The notes below the pieces were generated by a model. It was not told where the DNA came from and ran no database searches. It was given only the letters and a program-made list of their open reading frames with translations. A program made the position numbers and the translations under genes. From the NCBI RefSeq assembly GCF_048268525.1, contig NZ_JBLWVH010000018.1, positions 9,083 through 73,082 on the forward strand: DNA of 64,000 nt, given 5' to 3'. Source of the DNA: Maricaulis sp. Its GTDB lineage: Bacteria > Pseudomonadota > Alphaproteobacteria > Caulobacterales > Maricaulaceae. Each line of letters starts with the position of its first letter. The first letter of the stretch is position 1. Positions 37,761 to 48,660 of the stretch are shown piece after piece.

Positions 37761-37993
37761 CCTTGCGGATCCTTTCGTTGACGGGTCGGCCTGCCATTTA
37801 CGGGCAAACCGTAGTTCCGGTTTCCGGATCGCGGATATTGATGACAGATGAAACCTGCCGCGACCTGTATTCCTGTGCTATTGCGCCTGCGCGCACGGCG
37901 TTATTTAGGCGCTGGCGGCGCGGTTTCCAATGATTGGGTCGCATGCGGCACAAAATTTTTCAGTATCACACCAGACCAAAGACGGGTTTCCCC

Positions 37994-39379
37994 ATGACTT
38001 CGCTCACCCTTTTCGACACGATGGCGCGCCGCAAGCGCGACTTCGAACCGACCGATCCCGGCCGGGTGACGATGTATGTCTGCGGACCGACCGTCTATTC
38101 CTACGCCCATATCGGCAATGCCCGCCCGGCGGTCGTTTTCGACACGCTGTTCCGCGTCCTGCGCCGCCTCTATGGCGAGGACCAGGTGATCTATGCCCGC
38201 AACATCACCGATGTGGACGACAAGATCATCGAGACGGCGCGTGAAAGCGGCAAGCCGATCGAGGACATCACCTCGCATTATGCCGACATTTACCGGGCCG
38301 ACATGGGCGCGCTGGGTGTCACCCTGCCGACCATCGAGCCGCATGCGACCGACCACATTCCCGAGATGATCGGCATGGTGCAGAACCTCGTCTATAGCGG
38401 TCACGCCTATGAGGCCGACGGTCATGTCCTGTTCGATGTATCGTCCTATGAGAAATACGGGCGCCTCTCCAATCGCGATCTCGACGACATGATCGCCGGC
38501 GCGCGGGTCGAGGTGGCCAGCTACAAGCGCAGCCCGGCTGATTTCGTGCTGTGGAAACCGGCCAAGGATGACGAGCCGGGCTGGGACAGTCCCTGGGGTC
38601 GTGGCCGTCCGGGCTGGCACCTCGAATGTTCGGCCATGAGCGAGAAGCATCTCGGCAAGACGATCGACATTCATGGCGGCGGCACCGACCTGGTCTTCCC
38701 GCACCATGAGAACGAGATCGCCCAGTCGGTCTGCGCCCACAAGGGCGCGCCGATGGCCAATTACTGGCTGCACAATGGCTTCCTGACCATGGGCACCGAC
38801 AAGATGTCCAAGTCGCTGGGCAATGTTCAGCTGGTGCATGAGCTGATCAAGGATCATCCCGGCGAAGTGCTGCGCTATGCCCTGCTGACAGCGCATTACC
38901 GCGCACCGCTGACCTGGACGGCGGACCTGTTGGCCAAGACGCGGCGCTCGCTCGACCGCATTTATGGCGTGCTGCGCCGGTTGGGCGATGTTGAAGCGAC
39001 GCCGGGTGATGTGCCCGCGGCCTTCCTCGAGGCCCTGCACGACGATCTCAATACGCCCAAGGCCCTGTCCGAGCTGTTCCAGCTTGCCGGCAATGCCAAC
39101 AAGGCTGCCAGCGATGTCGAGAAGGCCCGCGCCAAGGGTGAGCTGCTGGCTGCGGCCGGCATGCTCGGTCTCGGCCAGGCGGATCCGGATGCCTGGTTCG
39201 GTCTGACCGATCTTGATCCGGCCGAGCGGGCCAAGATCGATGATCTGATCCTCCGTCGTCAAACGGCGCGTGAGGAGAAGGACTGGCCGACCGCCGACGC
39301 GGTTCGCGACGAGCTCAACGCGCTGAAGGTCCAGGTCGATGACGGGCCGGAAGGCTCGACCTGGCGCAAGCTGGGCTAG
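37994..39379 (+). CDS. cysS: cysteine--tRNA ligase
   Basis: HIGN and KMSKS (KMSKSLGN) class I motifs; start at the internal ATG (MTSLTLF). Confidence 0.95.
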   Translation: MTSLTLFDTMARRKRDFEPTDPGRVTMYVCGPTVYSYAHIGNARPAVVFDTLFRVLRRLYGEDQVIYARNITDVDDKIIETARESGKPIEDITSHYADIYRADMGALGVTLPTIEPHATDHIPEMIGMVQNLVYSGHAYEADGHVLFDVSSYEKYGRLSNRDLDDMIAGARVEVASYKRSPADFVLWKPAKDDEPGWDSPWGRGRPGWHLECSAMSEKHLGKTIDIHGGGTDLVFPHHENEIAQSVCAHKGAPMANYWLHNGFLTMGTDKMSKSLGNVQLVHELIKDHPGEVLRYALLTAHYRAPLTWTADLLAKTRRSLDRIYGVLRRLGDVEATPGDVPAAFLEALHDDLNTPKALSELFQLAGNANKAASDVEKARAKGELLAAAGMLGLGQADPDAWFGLTDLDPAERAKIDDLILRRQTAREEKDWPTADAVRDELNALKVQVDDGPEGSTWRKLG

Positions 39380-39383
39380 GGCG

Positions 39384-39653
39384 ATGGCACTCAAGGGCTT
39401 CAACGTGATGCTTCAGGCCGAAGATGCCGTGGGAGAATGTTTTGTCTCCTACGGTGTCGTCGCCGCCGATGCCGATGCCGCCGCCAAGCTGGCCGAGGGC
39501 GCGGCCCTGTCGGAAGGCTTCTGGGCGGTCGAGATCGAGGATGCCTGGGAGCCGGAGCCGGAAGAGGGCGACGCGCCGCTGGGCGACATCCCCGAAGTGC
39601 TGGGCCGGACCGAGCCGACCTATCTCGACGAGGAAGATTACGAGGAGGATTGA
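39384..39653 (+). CDS. small acidic hypothetical protein
   Basis: ATG (MALKGF) inside the track ORF 39339..39653; very acidic C-terminus (EPEPEEGD...EEDYEED); no family recognised. Confidence 0.4.
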   Translation: MALKGFNVMLQAEDAVGECFVSYGVVAADADAAAKLAEGAALSEGFWAVEIEDAWEPEPEEGDAPLGDIPEVLGRTEPTYLDEEDYEED

Positions 39654-39722
39654 TCGGGCCGTCTCGCCTCGCGGGCACGGGCACTGGCGCAGTGGCGCAT
39701 TCCTCCCTAGATTATCCCTGAC

Positions 39723-40187
39723 ATGAGCAATGACCTCTACTCCAATGCCGTCCTGCGGCTGGCGGCGGATATTCCGCGCATTGGGCGTCTCGCCCGGCCG
39801 CACGCGTCTGCACGCAAGGTCTCGCGCCTGTGCGGATCGGAGATCGAGGTGGATATCGCGATGGCTGGAACGCGGGTCGGTGACCTGGCGCTGCGGGTCA
39901 AGGCGTGTGCACTGGGACAGGCCTCGGCGGCCATTCTCGGTCGCCACGTGATCGGCGCGTCGCAGAAAGACCTCGTCATGGCGCGCGATCAGCTCAAGGC
40001 CATGTTGAAAGAGGGCAAGCCGGCACCCAAGGGCCGCTTCGCCGAACTGGCCCTGCTGGAAAGCGCGCGCGCCTATCCGGCCCGGCACCAGTCGGTCATG
40101 CTGGCCTTCGAGGCGGTTGTCGATGCCGCCGCCACCGCGACGCGCGGCCGGGCGACCACACCGCAAAACACCCCGCTGACTGGCTAG
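39723..40187 (+). CDS. IscU/SufU(NifU N-terminal)-like Fe-S cluster assembly protein
   Basis: LCGSEIEVDI...KACALGQASAAIL scaffold cysteine motifs. Confidence 0.7.
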   Translation: MSNDLYSNAVLRLAADIPRIGRLARPHASARKVSRLCGSEIEVDIAMAGTRVGDLALRVKACALGQASAAILGRHVIGASQKDLVMARDQLKAMLKEGKPAPKGRFAELALLESARAYPARHQSVMLAFEAVVDAAATATRGRATTPQNTPLTG

Positions 40188-40335
40188 GGCCGTCCGCGCC
40201 TGCCACGCCGGCAGGGTGCGATGGACGGTCCGCAAGGCAAGCAACCTCACCCCGATACTTTACTGCGGTCCGCGAAACGCGCTTCATGTCCACAGTGGAC
40301 AGCGCGCACGGCGGCGTTAAAAGGCTTGATTCCAT

Positions 40336-40704
40336 ATGCGTTCACGCGGACGGAAATGGGGGCTCAAAGGCCCGGTATCCGGCATCATGCTGATCGGACT
40401 TCGTGTCTATCAGCTGAGCCTGTCACCGGTCTTCTATGCTCTCGGCATCCGCTGCCGGCATGAACCGACCTGCTCGCACTATGCCATGGACGCGATCCGC
40501 GCCCAGGGACCCTGGCGCGGCGGCTGGTTGACGCTGGGGCGGCTGGGCCGCTGCCGGCCCGGCGGCACATTCGGTGTCGATCCGGCCCCGCGCGAACAAA
40601 ATGAAGCGCCCTGGTGGGCGGTCTGGCGATTCAGATCGAAACCGGGACGCATGACGGATGACAGGCTTCCGCCGGCAGACCGCGCCGACGACAAGGACAT
40701 GTGA
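40336..40704 (+). CDS. yidD: membrane protein insertion efficiency factor YidD
   Basis: [30 protein letters not shown]; the start may be the internal ATG at about 40387. Confidence 0.85.
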   Translation: MRSRGRKWGLKGPVSGIMLIGLRVYQLSLSPVFYALGIRCRHEPTCSHYAMDAIRAQGPWRGGWLTLGRLGRCRPGGTFGVDPAPREQNEAPWWAVWRFRSKPGRMTDDRLPPADRADDKDM

Positions 40705-42641
40705 CAATGATCAATGTGACGCTTCCCGACGGATCCAAACGCGAACTGCCCGATGGGGCTTCCCCGCTGGACCTCGCGGCGGATATCTCCAAATCCCTCG
40801 CCAAGGCGGCCATCATCGCCCAGGTCGATGGTCAGGACTGGGACCTCAAACGACCGCTCGATGGTGACGCCCAGGTGGCCATCATCACGCGCAAGGACGA
40901 GAAGGCCCTCGAGGTCATCCGCCACGACACGGCCCACATTCTCGCCCAGGCGGTACAGGACCTCTTCCCCGGCACCCAGGTCACGATCGGCCCGGCCATC
41001 GAGGACGGCTTCTACTACGACTTCGCCCGCGACGAGCCGTTCACGCCGGACGATTTCGAGGCCATAGAGAAGCGCATGGCGGCCATTGTCGATGCCGACC
41101 TGCCCTTCGAGCGTGAGGTATGGGACCGCAATGACGCCATCGCCAAGTTCGAGGAGATGGGCGAGGCCTACAAGGCCGAGCTGATCCGCGACCTGCCGGA
41201 AGACGAGACGATCACCATCTATCGCCAGGGCGAGTGGTTCGACCTCTGCCTCGGGCCGCATCTTCCCTCGACGGGCAAGATCGGCAAGGCGTTCAAGTTG
41301 ATGAAAGTGGCCGGTGCCTATTGGCGCGGCGATCATCGCAACGCCATGCTGCAGCGGATCTACGGCACGGCCTGGGCCGATGACAAACAGCTCAAGGCGC
41401 ATCTGCATCGCATCGAAGAGGCCGAGAAGCGCGACCACCGCAAACTCGGCAAGCAGATGGAACTCTTCCACTTCCAGGAAGAAGCCCAGGGCCAGGTGTT
41501 CTGGCATCCCAATGGCTGGCGGCTCTACCGCACGGTGACCAGCTATATGCGTCGCCGTCTCGAGGCCTCCGGCTATGTCGAGATCAAGACGCCGCAGTTG
41601 ATGGATCGCAAGTTCTGGGAAGCGTCAGGCCACTGGGACAAGTATCGCGAGAACATGTTCATCTCCTCGATCGACCAGGAAGAAAAAGTCCTGGCCGTGA
41701 AGCCGATGAACTGCCCCTGCCACGTCCAGGTCTTCAACCAGGGCCAGAAGTCCTATCGCGACCTGCCGCTGCGCATGGCCGAGTTCGGCTCCTGCCACCG
41801 CTATGAGCCATCCGGCTCCCTGCACGGGCTGATGCGGGTCCGCGGCTTTGTGCAGGACGACGCCCACATCTTCTGCACCAGCGACCAGATCACGGCGGAA
41901 GTCAGCGATTTCTGTGAGCTGCTGAAATCCGTCTATGCCGATTTCGGCTTTGAGGAGCCGCGGATCAAATTCTCCGATCGCCCGGAACAGCGGGTCGGGT
42001 CGGACGAGGTCTGGGATCAGGCCGAAGCCTCGCTCAAGGCCGCGGCTGAAGCCTCGGGTCTCGACTATGAGTACAATCCGGGCGATGGCGCCTTCTACGG
42101 TCCCAAGCTCGACTTTGTGGTCAAGGATGCGATCGGCCGTGAGTGGCAAACGGGCACGATCCAGTGCGACTTCAACCTGCCGGAGCGTCTCGACGCCAGC
42201 TTCATCGGCGATGACAGCGAGAAGCATCGCCCGGTCATGCTGCACCGGGCCATCCTCGGCTCTCTGGAGCGTTTCCTCGGTGTGTTGATCGAGAGCTATG
42301 CCGGCAAGCTGCCATTCTGGCTGGCTCCGCGTCAGGTCGTGATCGCCACGATCACCTCCGACGCCGACGCCTATGCCGAAGAGGTCAAGGCGGCGATGCT
42401 CAAGGCCGGTCTCCACGCCGAGACCGACACGCGCAACGAGAAGATCAACTACAAGGTCCGCGAACATTCCGTCGGCAAGGTTCCGGTCATTGCCGTTGTC
42501 GGTCGCAAGGAAGCCGAAGAGGGCACGCTGGCCCTGCGCTTCCTCGGTGAAGGCGGCAAGACCCAGGAAATCATGTCGCTGGACGACGCCATTGCCCGCT
42601 TGAGCGAGGACGCCAAGGCGCCCGACCTCAAGCGCGCTTAG
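40701..42641 (+). CDS. thrS: threonine--tRNA ligase
   Basis: TGS domain, class II motifs, zinc site (CPCH); 646 aa. Confidence 0.96.
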   Translation: MTMINVTLPDGSKRELPDGASPLDLAADISKSLAKAAIIAQVDGQDWDLKRPLDGDAQVAIITRKDEKALEVIRHDTAHILAQAVQDLFPGTQVTIGPAIEDGFYYDFARDEPFTPDDFEAIEKRMAAIVDADLPFEREVWDRNDAIAKFEEMGEAYKAELIRDLPEDETITIYRQGEWFDLCLGPHLPSTGKIGKAFKLMKVAGAYWRGDHRNAMLQRIYGTAWADDKQLKAHLHRIEEAEKRDHRKLGKQMELFHFQEEAQGQVFWHPNGWRLYRTVTSYMRRRLEASGYVEIKTPQLMDRKFWEASGHWDKYRENMFISSIDQEEKVLAVKPMNCPCHVQVFNQGQKSYRDLPLRMAEFGSCHRYEPSGSLHGLMRVRGFVQDDAHIFCTSDQITAEVSDFCELLKSVYADFGFEEPRIKFSDRPEQRVGSDEVWDQAEASLKAAAEASGLDYEYNPGDGAFYGPKLDFVVKDAIGREWQTGTIQCDFNLPERLDASFIGDDSEKHRPVMLHRAILGSLERFLGVLIESYAGKLPFWLAPRQVVIATITSDADAYAEEVKAAMLKAGLHAETDTRNEKINYKVREHSVGKVPVIAVVGRKEAEEGTLALRFLGEGGKTQEIMSLDDAIARLSEDAKAPDLKRA

Positions 42642-42656
42642 GTACAGGATACCGCG

Positions 42657-43883
42657 ATGCAGCGCGGCGACACCCGTGCGGGATGGGCAGGCTTGTTGGC
42701 CTTTGCCTTCGCATTCCCGTTCGGGGTCGCTGGCAGTTTGATGATCGCGCCCTGGGTGTCGATCCTCGCAATCCTTGCCTTCCCGGTTCACGCGCCATTC
42801 TGGCGCCCCGAGCGGACACCCTGGGCGCTGTATGGGGTGGCGGCCTTTCTCGGATGGGCGTTGGTCAGCTATCTTTGGTCGCCGCATGATGACCCCGGCC
42901 AGATCTGGCGCACCGGGCTCGGTGTGCCGCTTTACATCCTGTTCGCGATCCGGGTCGGGCAGGTGGACCGGGTCTGGCAGCGACGCATCGAGGCGGCCAT
43001 GTTGTTCATGGTCATAGCCTTGGGCCTGTTCCTGTTATCGGAGGCGGTGTTTGACGGCGCTTCAACACGCGGCTTCAAGCTCGCCGCTGAAGACAATCCT
43101 GATCAATCCGAATTCGGAATCAACATATTGGTCAATCGCAGCCTCGGTCACGCCACCGTGCCGCTCTTGCTGATGTGTATGCCGGTGGCCCTGATCAGCT
43201 GGCGCGAGGGTGGACCGGTCATCGGCGTTTTCGTGCTCTTGTTGGGCGCCGTTGCATCCTTCAGCTTCGATACCGAAGTCAACATGGTTGCCTTCGTGCT
43301 GGGGTCGATCGCGGCGGCGCTGGCAGCATTCTGGCCGCGAACGATGATGGCCAGCCTGTTCGGGCTTCTGGCCGGAAGTGTCATCGTGCTGCCGCTTATC
43401 CTGCCGGGCCTCATCGATGTCCTCCCCGACAGCTGGCGGGCGGCGCTGCCTGCCTCCTTCGAATGGCGGCTCCAGATCTGGAGCTACACGGGTGATCTGA
43501 TCCGCGAACAGCCGTGGATTGGCTATGGCCTCGACGCGTCGCGCCCGCTCAGCGGAGAGGCCGAAGTCTTTGCTTTCGGCCGCCTGCATAATGTCGAGGT
43601 CTTGCCGTTGCACCCACACAATGCCACTCTGCACGTCTGGCTTGAGACCGGGGCGGTCGGAGCCGCGCTATTGGCTGGCGTACTTGTCGCTTTGGGGGGA
43701 CGGATCGCCGCCGCACAACAGCTGTCGCGGTTGCAGGCTGTTGGCGTGGCCTGGGTGGTCGTGGTTTATGTGACTTTGATCGTATTCTCCTATGGGGTCT
43801 GGCAAGAATGGCACCAAGGGACAGTGGCGTTGGCAGCAACGAGCGTGTTCTTCCTCGCGGCCCGGAAACCGGGGCGACCGTAG
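42657..43883 (+). CDS. O-antigen ligase/polymerase-like (Wzy_C family) polytopic membrane protein
   Basis: 10 or more TM helices with a large periplasmic loop; O-antigen-ligase-like arrangement. Confidence 0.65.
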   Translation: MQRGDTRAGWAGLLAFAFAFPFGVAGSLMIAPWVSILAILAFPVHAPFWRPERTPWALYGVAAFLGWALVSYLWSPHDDPGQIWRTGLGVPLYILFAIRVGQVDRVWQRRIEAAMLFMVIALGLFLLSEAVFDGASTRGFKLAAEDNPDQSEFGINILVNRSLGHATVPLLLMCMPVALISWREGGPVIGVFVLLLGAVASFSFDTEVNMVAFVLGSIAAALAAFWPRTMMASLFGLLAGSVIVLPLILPGLIDVLPDSWRAALPASFEWRLQIWSYTGDLIREQPWIGYGLDASRPLSGEAEVFAFGRLHNVEVLPLHPHNATLHVWLETGAVGAALLAGVLVALGGRIAAAQQLSRLQAVGVAWVVVVYVTLIVFSYGVWQEWHQGTVALAATSVFFLAARKPGRP

Positions 43884-44881
43884 AGCCACGTCTGAGTGTC
43901 GTCACCGTTTCCTGGCAAACCGGACCGCGCCTGGTCGAGGCGGTCGCGTCAATTCTGGCTGCACCCGGTGTCGATGAGTTTGTCCTCGTCAATCACGGCA
44001 ATCCTCCGGAAATGATCCAGTCCCTGCGGGCGATGGCCGCGGACAAGGACAATTTCGTACTCATCGAAACCGGCGCAAATCTCGGATTTTCTCGCGGATG
44101 CAATATCGGCGCGCAACGGGCGAGTGGTGATCTCGTCTTCTTCCTCAACCCGGACGCCGTCCTGGCGAAGGGGGTGGCCAGCCGGTTGAAGGCGTCGGCC
44201 AGGGAACTGGGCGACAGCATCTGGGCGATCGGTGCGCGGATCGTCAACGCGGATGGGAGTGAGCAGAGAGGCGGACGACGCGGGGAGCTGACGCCCTGGT
44301 CGGCGCTGATAACCTTTCTGGGACTGGATCACTTCATTCCGGCGTTCAAGGGCCTGCACCTCGAGACCGAGGCGCTACCGGATACGATCGTGCCGGTCCC
44401 CGTTGTGTCCGGCGCCGCCATGCTGATGCCACGTCGCGGTTTTTTGCAGATGGGTGGATTTGACGAGCGGTATTTCCTGCATGTCGAAGATGTCGACATT
44501 TGCCGCAAGGTGCGGGAGTGCGGTGGAACGGTGTGGTTCGAACCGCGGGCGTCGATCGTCCATTATGGCGGTACCAGCCAGTCCAGCCCGTTCTTCGTCG
44601 AGACCCACAAGGCTCTCGGATTCATCAAGTATTTCTGGAAATACTATCCGGGCGCACTCGAACGCCTGACCACCATGGCGATGATGGGACCAATTTTCGG
44701 TGCCATTTGGGGCCGGGTGGTGCTGCTTCAGCTCCGCAACCGGATTCGATTGCTCGCCCGTCGTCGCAGGGCCTTTGCCCGCTTGCGTCGCCTGGAGAAC
44801 CACCGGGTCAGCCGCCCTGCGGATGCCCGGCCGTCGAACCCGTCTAGCGCGTCGCCGGTTTCGGAAACCCGCCCGCTCTAG
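43808..44881 (+). CDS. family 2 glycosyltransferase (start uncertain; may overlap the upstream gene by about 76 nt)
   Basis: SVVTVSWQTGPRL...VLVNHGNP...GANLGFSRGCNIG GT-A fold motifs. Confidence 0.8.
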   Translation: MAPRDSGVGSNERVLPRGPETGATVEPRLSVVTVSWQTGPRLVEAVASILAAPGVDEFVLVNHGNPPEMIQSLRAMAADKDNFVLIETGANLGFSRGCNIGAQRASGDLVFFLNPDAVLAKGVASRLKASARELGDSIWAIGARIVNADGSEQRGGRRGELTPWSALITFLGLDHFIPAFKGLHLETEALPDTIVPVPVVSGAAMLMPRRGFLQMGGFDERYFLHVEDVDICRKVRECGGTVWFEPRASIVHYGGTSQSSPFFVETHKALGFIKYFWKYYPGALERLTTMAMMGPIFGAIWGRVVLLQLRNRIRLLARRRRAFARLRRLENHRVSRPADARPSNPSSASPVSETRPL

Positions 44882-45755
44882 ACAGGGCGCTGTCGACCGG
44901 GTGTTTCAGCCCGTCGGTCTCCAGCCATTTGGCCGTTTCGATCAGCTTGTCCAGGTCCAGCCCGGTGTCAAAGCCGCCGCGTTCGAGCATGTAGACCACA
45001 TCCTCGGTGGCCACATTGCCGGTTGCGGCCGGCGCAAACGGACAGCCGCCAATGCCGCCGACCGAGGCGTCGATGACATCGACGCCCGCCTCGATCGCGG
45101 CATGGATATTGGCCATCGCCGTATTGCGCGTGTTGTGGAAGTGCATGCGGATCTTCATGTCGCCGCTTTGCGCGCGGACAAGGTCCAGCATCCGGCGAAC
45201 CGCCCAGGGGTCCGCAACGCCGATGGTGTCACCCATGGCGAACTCGACGGCCCCCGCCGCTTTTGCTCGGGCCGCCAGTTGCGCCACGACGTTGGCATCA
45301 ACCTCGCCATCAAACGGATCACCAAAAGCCACCGACACCGTCACCGAGACCGGCACGCCTTCGTCATGGGCCAGAACGGCGATGCGGTCGAACAGGTCGG
45401 CCGTTTGCTCCGGCGTGGCGTTCTGGTTCTTCAGCCCGAAGCCGGGCGAGGCGACCATGACGTAATTGACCTCGTCGCAGCCGTTCTCGAGCGCCCGCCG
45501 CATGCCGCGCTCATTGAGCGCCAGGCCGATATATTTCACCCCGTCCTGACGCGGCACGCGCTGCATCACCGCATCGCTGTCGGCCATCGCCGGGACCAGC
45601 TTGGGATGGACAAAGCTCGCCGCCTCCATGCGACGCACACCGGCTGCGATCAGGCGCTCGATGAATTCGATCTTGGTATCCGTCGACATCATCGCCGGGT
45701 CATTCTGCAACCCGTCGCGCGGTCCGACTTCGACGATTTCAATCTTGCGGGTCAT
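44844..45755 (-). CDS. hydroxymethylglutaryl-CoA lyase family protein
   Basis: KIEIVEVGPRDGLQN TIM-barrel HMGL-like motif; start at the internal MTRKIEI. Confidence 0.85.
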   Translation of the reverse strand: MTRKIEIVEVGPRDGLQNDPAMMSTDTKIEFIERLIAAGVRRMEAASFVHPKLVPAMADSDAVMQRVPRQDGVKYIGLALNERGMRRALENGCDEVNYVMVASPGFGLKNQNATPEQTADLFDRIAVLAHDEGVPVSVTVSVAFGDPFDGEVDANVVAQLAARAKAAGAVEFAMGDTIGVADPWAVRRMLDLVRAQSGDMKIRMHFHNTRNTAMANIHAAIEAGVDVIDASVGGIGGCPFAPAATGNVATEDVVYMLERGGFDTGLDLDKLIETAKWLETDGLKHPVDSALSRAGGFPKPATR

Positions 45756-47634
45756 TGGCGGTGTCCTCTGGGGCGCAGCGGGTGAACAGGATAACCAGCA
45801 CGGTATTGGTTCCACGCGCGTAGTTGGTGCCGGATGCAAGCGTGTGGTGGCAGGCACCCAATTCTCTCATCCAGGCGAGCCGCTCGCCGCGAAGGCGGTC
45901 TGCCGCCATCCAAGGCGGCTCTTGCGGGACAGGGGAAGAGAATTCAGGCCGCCATTCGGTTGCGATCATTTCCAGTCTCAACTCATAGACCGAACGCGCC
46001 TCGGTTCTCAGATCGGCCCGTAGCTCCGCATCCCGTGACAAATCCAGCACCAACATCGTTGGCTCGTCCCGGCCTTCAGCGAACGCCAGCACTTCCTCCG
46101 CCGTCCCCAACACCGTGTCCGTACCCAGCGAGAAGGCGAGGCTGGGTTCGGTATAGCTGGACGCTGTCACGATCTCGTCCGGTGACAGGCCGGTGATCGT
46201 CTCCGAATAGGCCCGGGCGGCACGTACCTGATCGGCCAGGCGGACCGCATAAGCTTCGGCGAACGCCCCCGAACGCGCCGCAACATGCCAGCCCAGACCG
46301 GACAGGACGGCGAAGACCAGCGCCAGGGCGCCGGGGCGCAGGCGGTCGGTGGTCAGGGTCGCAGCTGACAGGGCCAGGAAGAGCGCGCCCGATCCGAACA
46401 CCCAGGCGGCGGCATATGGGTCCAGTCCCAGCTGGAAACCGCCCTCAAAGCCGGCCTGGGCGAGGCGGATGGCGTCCCAACTGGCATTATTGCCATAGGT
46501 GATGAAGACATAGGGAAGAAAGATCGCGAACACGCCCGCGCCGATCGCGAACAGGGCCCAGCCAGCCCAACGTTGCCAGTGCGCGGCCTTGCCCAGCTCG
46601 ACCAGCCCCCAGCCCGCCGCCAGCGCCAACGCCGGATAGAGCGGCAGCACATAGTGAGGCAGTTTGGTCGGCAGCAGCTCGAACAGGATCCAGGTCGGGA
46701 CCGCCCAGGCGATCAGGAAACGGGCGGCGCCGGCCATCCGGTTGTCGTGACCACGAAGCGCCGCCACAACGCGTCCAACGCCGGGGATCAGGAAAAGCGT
46801 CGCCGGGAAGAAGACGATGGGAAGAACCAGAAGATGATAGCCGGGAAGACCCCCATGTCGCTCATGGCCTGACACCAGCTTGGGACCGAGATCTCCGACC
46901 AGCGCATCGCGCAGGAACTGGCCATCGGTCGCGATCTGGATCGAGACCAGCCAGGGCAGGACAATCAGGCCGGCGAGGATCGGTCCCCACCAGACCAGGA
47001 CCGGTTTCAGCCAGGCGATCTTGCGCTCCCAGACGACCAGGGTGAGGGCGGTCACGCCGGCCACCATCGGGGTGACGGGGCCCTTGATCAGAACGCCCAG
47101 TCCGATGGCTGACCAGAACAGGAGCGCCGTTCGCCAGCCGGGCCGATCACCGCTGCGCGCATTGGCCAGGGCGGCCATCGCCAGCGTCGTGACGCCGGCC
47201 AACACCCCGTCAGTCTTGGCGATCCCGCCTTCTATGCCCAACAGGACCGTGGTCGCCAGCAGGGCGGCACCGGCAAAAGCGGCTTCGCGGCCGACCAGTC
47301 TCTGCCCGGCCCAGAAGGTGGCCAATGCGGCCAGGATCGCTCCGAGCACCGATGGCAGGCGGTAGGCCCAAATCTGGCGGTCACCGGCGTCAGACGTCAG
47401 CGCGACGGCGGCGGCCTGCAGCCAGTAGATTCCGACCGGCTTTTTGTTGCGCGGTTCGTCGAGATAATTGATTTCGACGAAATCACCCGTCTCCAGCATC
47501 TGGGCCGTGGCCTGGGCGTAGCGGCTTTCGTCCCGGTCAATGGGCGGCAGGGTGAAGACGCCGGCCAGGGCCGAGAGCGCTGCCAACAGGCCGACAATCC
47601 ACCAGGCACGTGCACCACGGGCAAGATCGGTCAT
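45739..47634 (-). CDS. GT39/GT83-type (ArnT/PMT-like) polyprenyl-phosphate-sugar-dependent glycosyltransferase
   Basis: ESRYAQATAQMLETGDF...EPRNKKPVGIYWLQA ArnT/PMT motif; 11 or more TM helices; alternative start at 47730. Confidence 0.8.
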   Translation of the reverse strand: MTDLARGARAWWIVGLLAALSALAGVFTLPPIDRDESRYAQATAQMLETGDFVEINYLDEPRNKKPVGIYWLQAAAVALTSDAGDRQIWAYRLPSVLGAILAALATFWAGQRLVGREAAFAGAALLATTVLLGIEGGIAKTDGVLAGVTTLAMAALANARSGDRPGWRTALLFWSAIGLGVLIKGPVTPMVAGVTALTLVVWERKIAWLKPVLVWWGPILAGLIVLPWLVSIQIATDGQFLRDALVGDLGPKLVSGHERHGGLPGYHLLVLPIVFFPATLFLIPGVGRVVAALRGHDNRMAGAARFLIAWAVPTWILFELLPTKLPHYVLPLYPALALAAGWGLVELGKAAHWQRWAGWALFAIGAGVFAIFLPYVFITYGNNASWDAIRLAQAGFEGGFQLGLDPYAAAWVFGSGALFLALSAATLTTDRLRPGALALVFAVLSGLGWHVAARSGAFAEAYAVRLADQVRAARAYSETITGLSPDEIVTASSYTEPSLAFSLGTDTVLGTAEEVLAFAEGRDEPTMLVLDLSRDAELRADLRTEARSVYELRLEMIATEWRPEFSSPVPQEPPWMAADRLRGERLAWMRELGACHHTLASGTNYARGTNTVLVILFTRCAPEDTANDPQD

Positions 47635-47759
47635 CAAATCGGCTCGGACCATGTCCGCCAACACCCTCTCTTCGAGCGCGGGATGAGAAATCCCTCGCGT
47701 CTTCAGTGAAACCCGGTATGTAACGAGCATCCTGTTATCGCAAGCTCAAGCAGACACCT

Positions 47760-48506
47760 ATGAGCCAATCCGCGCCAAATTCTCCCGATATTTCCGTTGT
47801 TGTCCCGGCCTATAACGAGGCCGGCAATGTCGTGCCGCTGGCGCGAGAAATCGCGACGGCGCTGGCCGGTCGCGATTTCGAAATCCTGTTCGTGGACGAC
47901 TGTTCGACTGACACCACCCGCCAGGAACTGGTCGACGCCAAGGCTGAGCTTCCGATGCTCAGGGTGATCGCGCACCGTCACAATGCGGGCCAGTCACGCT
48001 CGGTGCGGACCGGTATCATGCATGCGCGTGGAACGGTGGTGTGTACCGTGGATGGCGATGGCCAGAACCCGCCGGTGGACCTGCCCACCGTGATCGATGC
48101 GCTGACACGTGCCGATGCTCCGGCCAATCTGGGCCTGGTCGGCGGCGACCGTTCGGCCAACCGTCAGGACTCGGCCTGGAAGAAATTCGCCTCACGCTTC
48201 GGCAATGGTCTGCGCAAGGCCATGCTCAATGATAATTGCAATGATACCGGCTGTGGTCTGAAGGCCTTCAAGCGGTCGGCCTATCTCGAGCTGCCCTTCT
48301 TTGATCACCAGCACCGGTTCCTGCCAGCCCTGATGATCCGCGAGGGATATGTGTGCGAATTCAGGCCGGTTACCCATCGTCATCGCACCATCGGAACGTC
48401 GAAATATACGAATTTTGGCCGTCTTTTCGCCTCACTGACAGACATGATGGGCGTGATGTGGTTAAATTCACGCGCGCGCAATTCTCGCGGCAGCGATGAA
48501 GTCTGA
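47760..48506 (+). CDS. GT2 polyprenyl-phosphate glycosyltransferase (GtrB/ArnC/DPM1-like)
   Basis: ISVVVPAYNEAGNV...FVDDCSTD...DGDGQNPP motifs; divergent from the ArnT-like gene. Confidence 0.85.
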   Translation: MSQSAPNSPDISVVVPAYNEAGNVVPLAREIATALAGRDFEILFVDDCSTDTTRQELVDAKAELPMLRVIAHRHNAGQSRSVRTGIMHARGTVVCTVDGDGQNPPVDLPTVIDALTRADAPANLGLVGGDRSANRQDSAWKKFASRFGNGLRKAMLNDNCNDTGCGLKAFKRSAYLELPFFDHQHRFLPALMIREGYVCEFRPVTHRHRTIGTSKYTNFGRLFASLTDMMGVMWLNSRARNSRGSDEV

Positions 48507-48660
48507 GCGACGCAACTTGTTTTCGAAGCGAGTCAGGTGACCGCTTCACAACCGGGGAGAGTGTCCGATGGCCGGTGGCGGGGATAACGGCGTATTGTTA
48601 GGTATGACGGCGGCCAATCAAGCCCAGAGACGGGGCGGTCGCGGCAATGGGGGAGGTTCC